Assembly (NCBI GenBank): GCA_051546255.1
Contig: CP128816.1
Location: 806,001 to 870,000, forward strand
Direction of reading: 5' to 3'
Source of the DNA: Meyerozyma guilliermondii
Taxonomy: Eukaryota
Length of the DNA stretch: 64,000 nucleotides
Position numbers and translations under genes: made by a program. Below the pieces are notes generated by a model. It was not told where the DNA came from. It ran no database searches and saw nothing but the letters and a program-made list of their open reading frames with translations. Shown one piece after another: positions 62,366 through 64,000 of this stretch; within the stretch, counting starts at the first letter, position 1; each line of letters begins with the position of its first letter.

Positions 62366-63733
62366 ATGGGACAAATCCTTTCACAACCGGTGACCGAAAA
62401 GCACTCGGAATCTGATGCCAGCAAGCATTTGGCATACGGCTTGTCGCTGATGCAGGGCTGGCGTATCAATATGGAGGATGCTCATGCCACCATTCTCGAT
62501 TTTTCTGACTCTGGGTCATCGGGCAACTCCACCGAAAAGTCTGCCGAAGAGGCACTGGTGGCCTTTTTTGGCGTCTACGATGGCCATGGAGGCGACAAGG
62601 TGGCTATATACACGGGGAAACACCTCCACGATATTATCCGAGGCACCGAAGCGTTTGCTAAGAAGGACTACATTGGTGCTCTTAAACAAGGTTTTCTTAC
62701 TTGCGACCAAAATATTCTCCGTGATGAGGATATGAAGGACGACGATTCAGGATGCGCTGCCACGTCGGTGATTATTACGAAAGATAGCATTATTTGTGGA
62801 AATGCTGGAGATTCACGTACAGTAATGAGTGTCAATGGATTTGCTAAAGCTTTATCGTTTGACCATAAGCCTCTGAACGAGGGGGAAAAGGCACGTATTT
62901 GTTCTGCTGGCGGTTATGTTGACATGGGCCGTGTAAACGGTAACCTTGCCCTCTCTCGTGGTATCGGAGATTTCGAATTCAAGAAGAATCTCGACTTGCC
63001 TGCTGAAGAACAAATTGTTACATGCTATCCCGATGTCATTCTGCATCCTCTCGATTTAACCGCTGACGAGTTTGTAATCCTTGCTTGTGACGGAATTTGG
63101 GACTGTCTCACATCGCAACATTGCGTGGAATGTGTACGTCGTGGAATTTACGAGCGCAAGCCATTGACACAAATCAGTGAGGAGATAATGGAATTATGTT
63201 GTGCTCCAACAAGCGATGGACTGGGAATTGGCTGCGATAACATGTCCATCGTCATTGTAGCACTTTTGGATGCTTCTCGTAATGAAACCCTTGATGAATG
63301 GTACGAAAAGATCATCGCCAGAGTCGATGCTAATGATTCGAAATACGGCCCCATCTCCAGTCCTTACAGTGAGATGTATAAGCAGATGTACGGAGAATAT
63401 TTTGAGATTGGCCAGCAGGGTAACCAGCCGTCGCGTGGAGCTGGAGGTGCCGGTGGACAGAACTCCATGTTCGGCGGACTTCCCGGTTTAAGTCAATTTA
63501 AGCCAGAAGAGGAAGAAGCTGAGGAAGCTGACCAGCAACAAGACGGCGAGGCCAATGGTGCCATTTCTCTCCAGAAGCTACTCGCAAGCAATGCCATCAC
63601 CAACGAGAATGGAGTCATATATCTTGATACATCGTCGGCACAATCACTATTGGCCCACTTCGGCATGTCAGAAGACCAGGAAAACGACAAGATTGAAGAG
63701 GAAAGGGAGAGTGAAAGTGACGACAAGGAGTAG
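62366..63733 (+). CDS. PTC2: PP2C protein phosphatase Ptc2/Ptc3
   Basis: MGQILSQP, MQGWRINMEDAH, VYDGHGG, NAGDSR, RVNGNLALSRGIGD, LACDGIWD, GCDNM. Confidence 0.96.
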   Translation: MGQILSQPVTEKHSESDASKHLAYGLSLMQGWRINMEDAHATILDFSDSGSSGNSTEKSAEEALVAFFGVYDGHGGDKVAIYTGKHLHDIIRGTEAFAKKDYIGALKQGFLTCDQNILRDEDMKDDDSGCAATSVIITKDSIICGNAGDSRTVMSVNGFAKALSFDHKPLNEGEKARICSAGGYVDMGRVNGNLALSRGIGDFEFKKNLDLPAEEQIVTCYPDVILHPLDLTADEFVILACDGIWDCLTSQHCVECVRRGIYERKPLTQISEEIMELCCAPTSDGLGIGCDNMSIVIVALLDASRNETLDEWYEKIIARVDANDSKYGPISSPYSEMYKQMYGEYFEIGQQGNQPSRGAGGAGGQNSMFGGLPGLSQFKPEEEEAEEADQQQDGEANGAISLQKLLASNAITNENGVIYLDTSSAQSLLAHFGMSEDQENDKIEEERESESDDKE

Positions 63734-64000
63734 GGTCATAGGTTCAGTTCTAGATATCTAATGATAGTGTAACACTATTTGTATTTTATCATCACTGCGA
63801 TTAGAGCCCTCACCCAATGTGCAGGACATTTGTATATTTTTCATCGAAACCCCAGACGGTTGGAACAACTTGTCGAGGGTTATACTTTGCCCGAAACTTA
63901 AATTCCGCGCGTGGGCGCACTCGCATTTGCTGATACTTGTTCTGCGTATACCAGGCGTTCAAAACTGACGTACATACAATCTACAGTCTACCATATCAGC

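Noticed and set aside
63744..63795. Minus-strand GTGATGA...CTGA just after the PTC2 stop
   Set aside because: Antisense to the PTC2 3' UTR, very short, no recognisable guide; likely chance
1..64000. tRNA, rRNA, CRISPR arrays, transposons, telomeric repeats
   Set aside because: None seen by eye; the short tandem repeats lack unique spacers and the DNA is eukaryotic. tRNAscan-SE would be needed to exclude tRNAs formally.

Overview
Gene-dense, almost intron-free budding-yeast genomic DNA from the CUG-Ser (CTG) clade. Conserved Ser positions in Ptc2, Ssu72 and Pin4 are encoded by CTG, so the supplied ORF translations mis-call these as Leu. Gene content and order resemble Debaryomycetaceae (Meyerozyma-like), but I cannot confirm the species. 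Left to right: a Zn2Cys6 regulator; an expanded MAL cluster (activator, three tandem alpha-glucoside permeases, maltase); DMA1/2, YNL115C-like, VAM7, a PAP2 phosphatase, a YER152C-like aminotransferase, a small complex-I-like protein, RTT106, a SWIM-finger protein, UBP3, a GPI wall protein, a YCII protein and an aldo-keto reductase; U1 snRNA, POP1, SSU72, ATG4, SQS1, JJJ1 and a DUF3295/Mks1-like gene; a four-gene catabolic-looking cluster (divergent 5-oxoprolinase, FAD monooxygenase, Zn2Cys6 TF, MFS transporter); then OM45-like, AIM10, intron-containing SBH1, PIN4 and PTC2/3. Three elements are absent from the ORF track: a compact U1 snRNA (~34785-34936, minus), a spliced Sec61-beta gene with a 44-nt intron, and a non-coding spliced locus at ~23850-24054 carrying an intronic box C/D snoRNA candidate with overlapping splice signals. 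The best candidates for undescribed biology are the oxoprolinase/monooxygenase cluster, whose two divergent promoters share GATCGGA and GATAAG motifs, and the snoRNA host locus.
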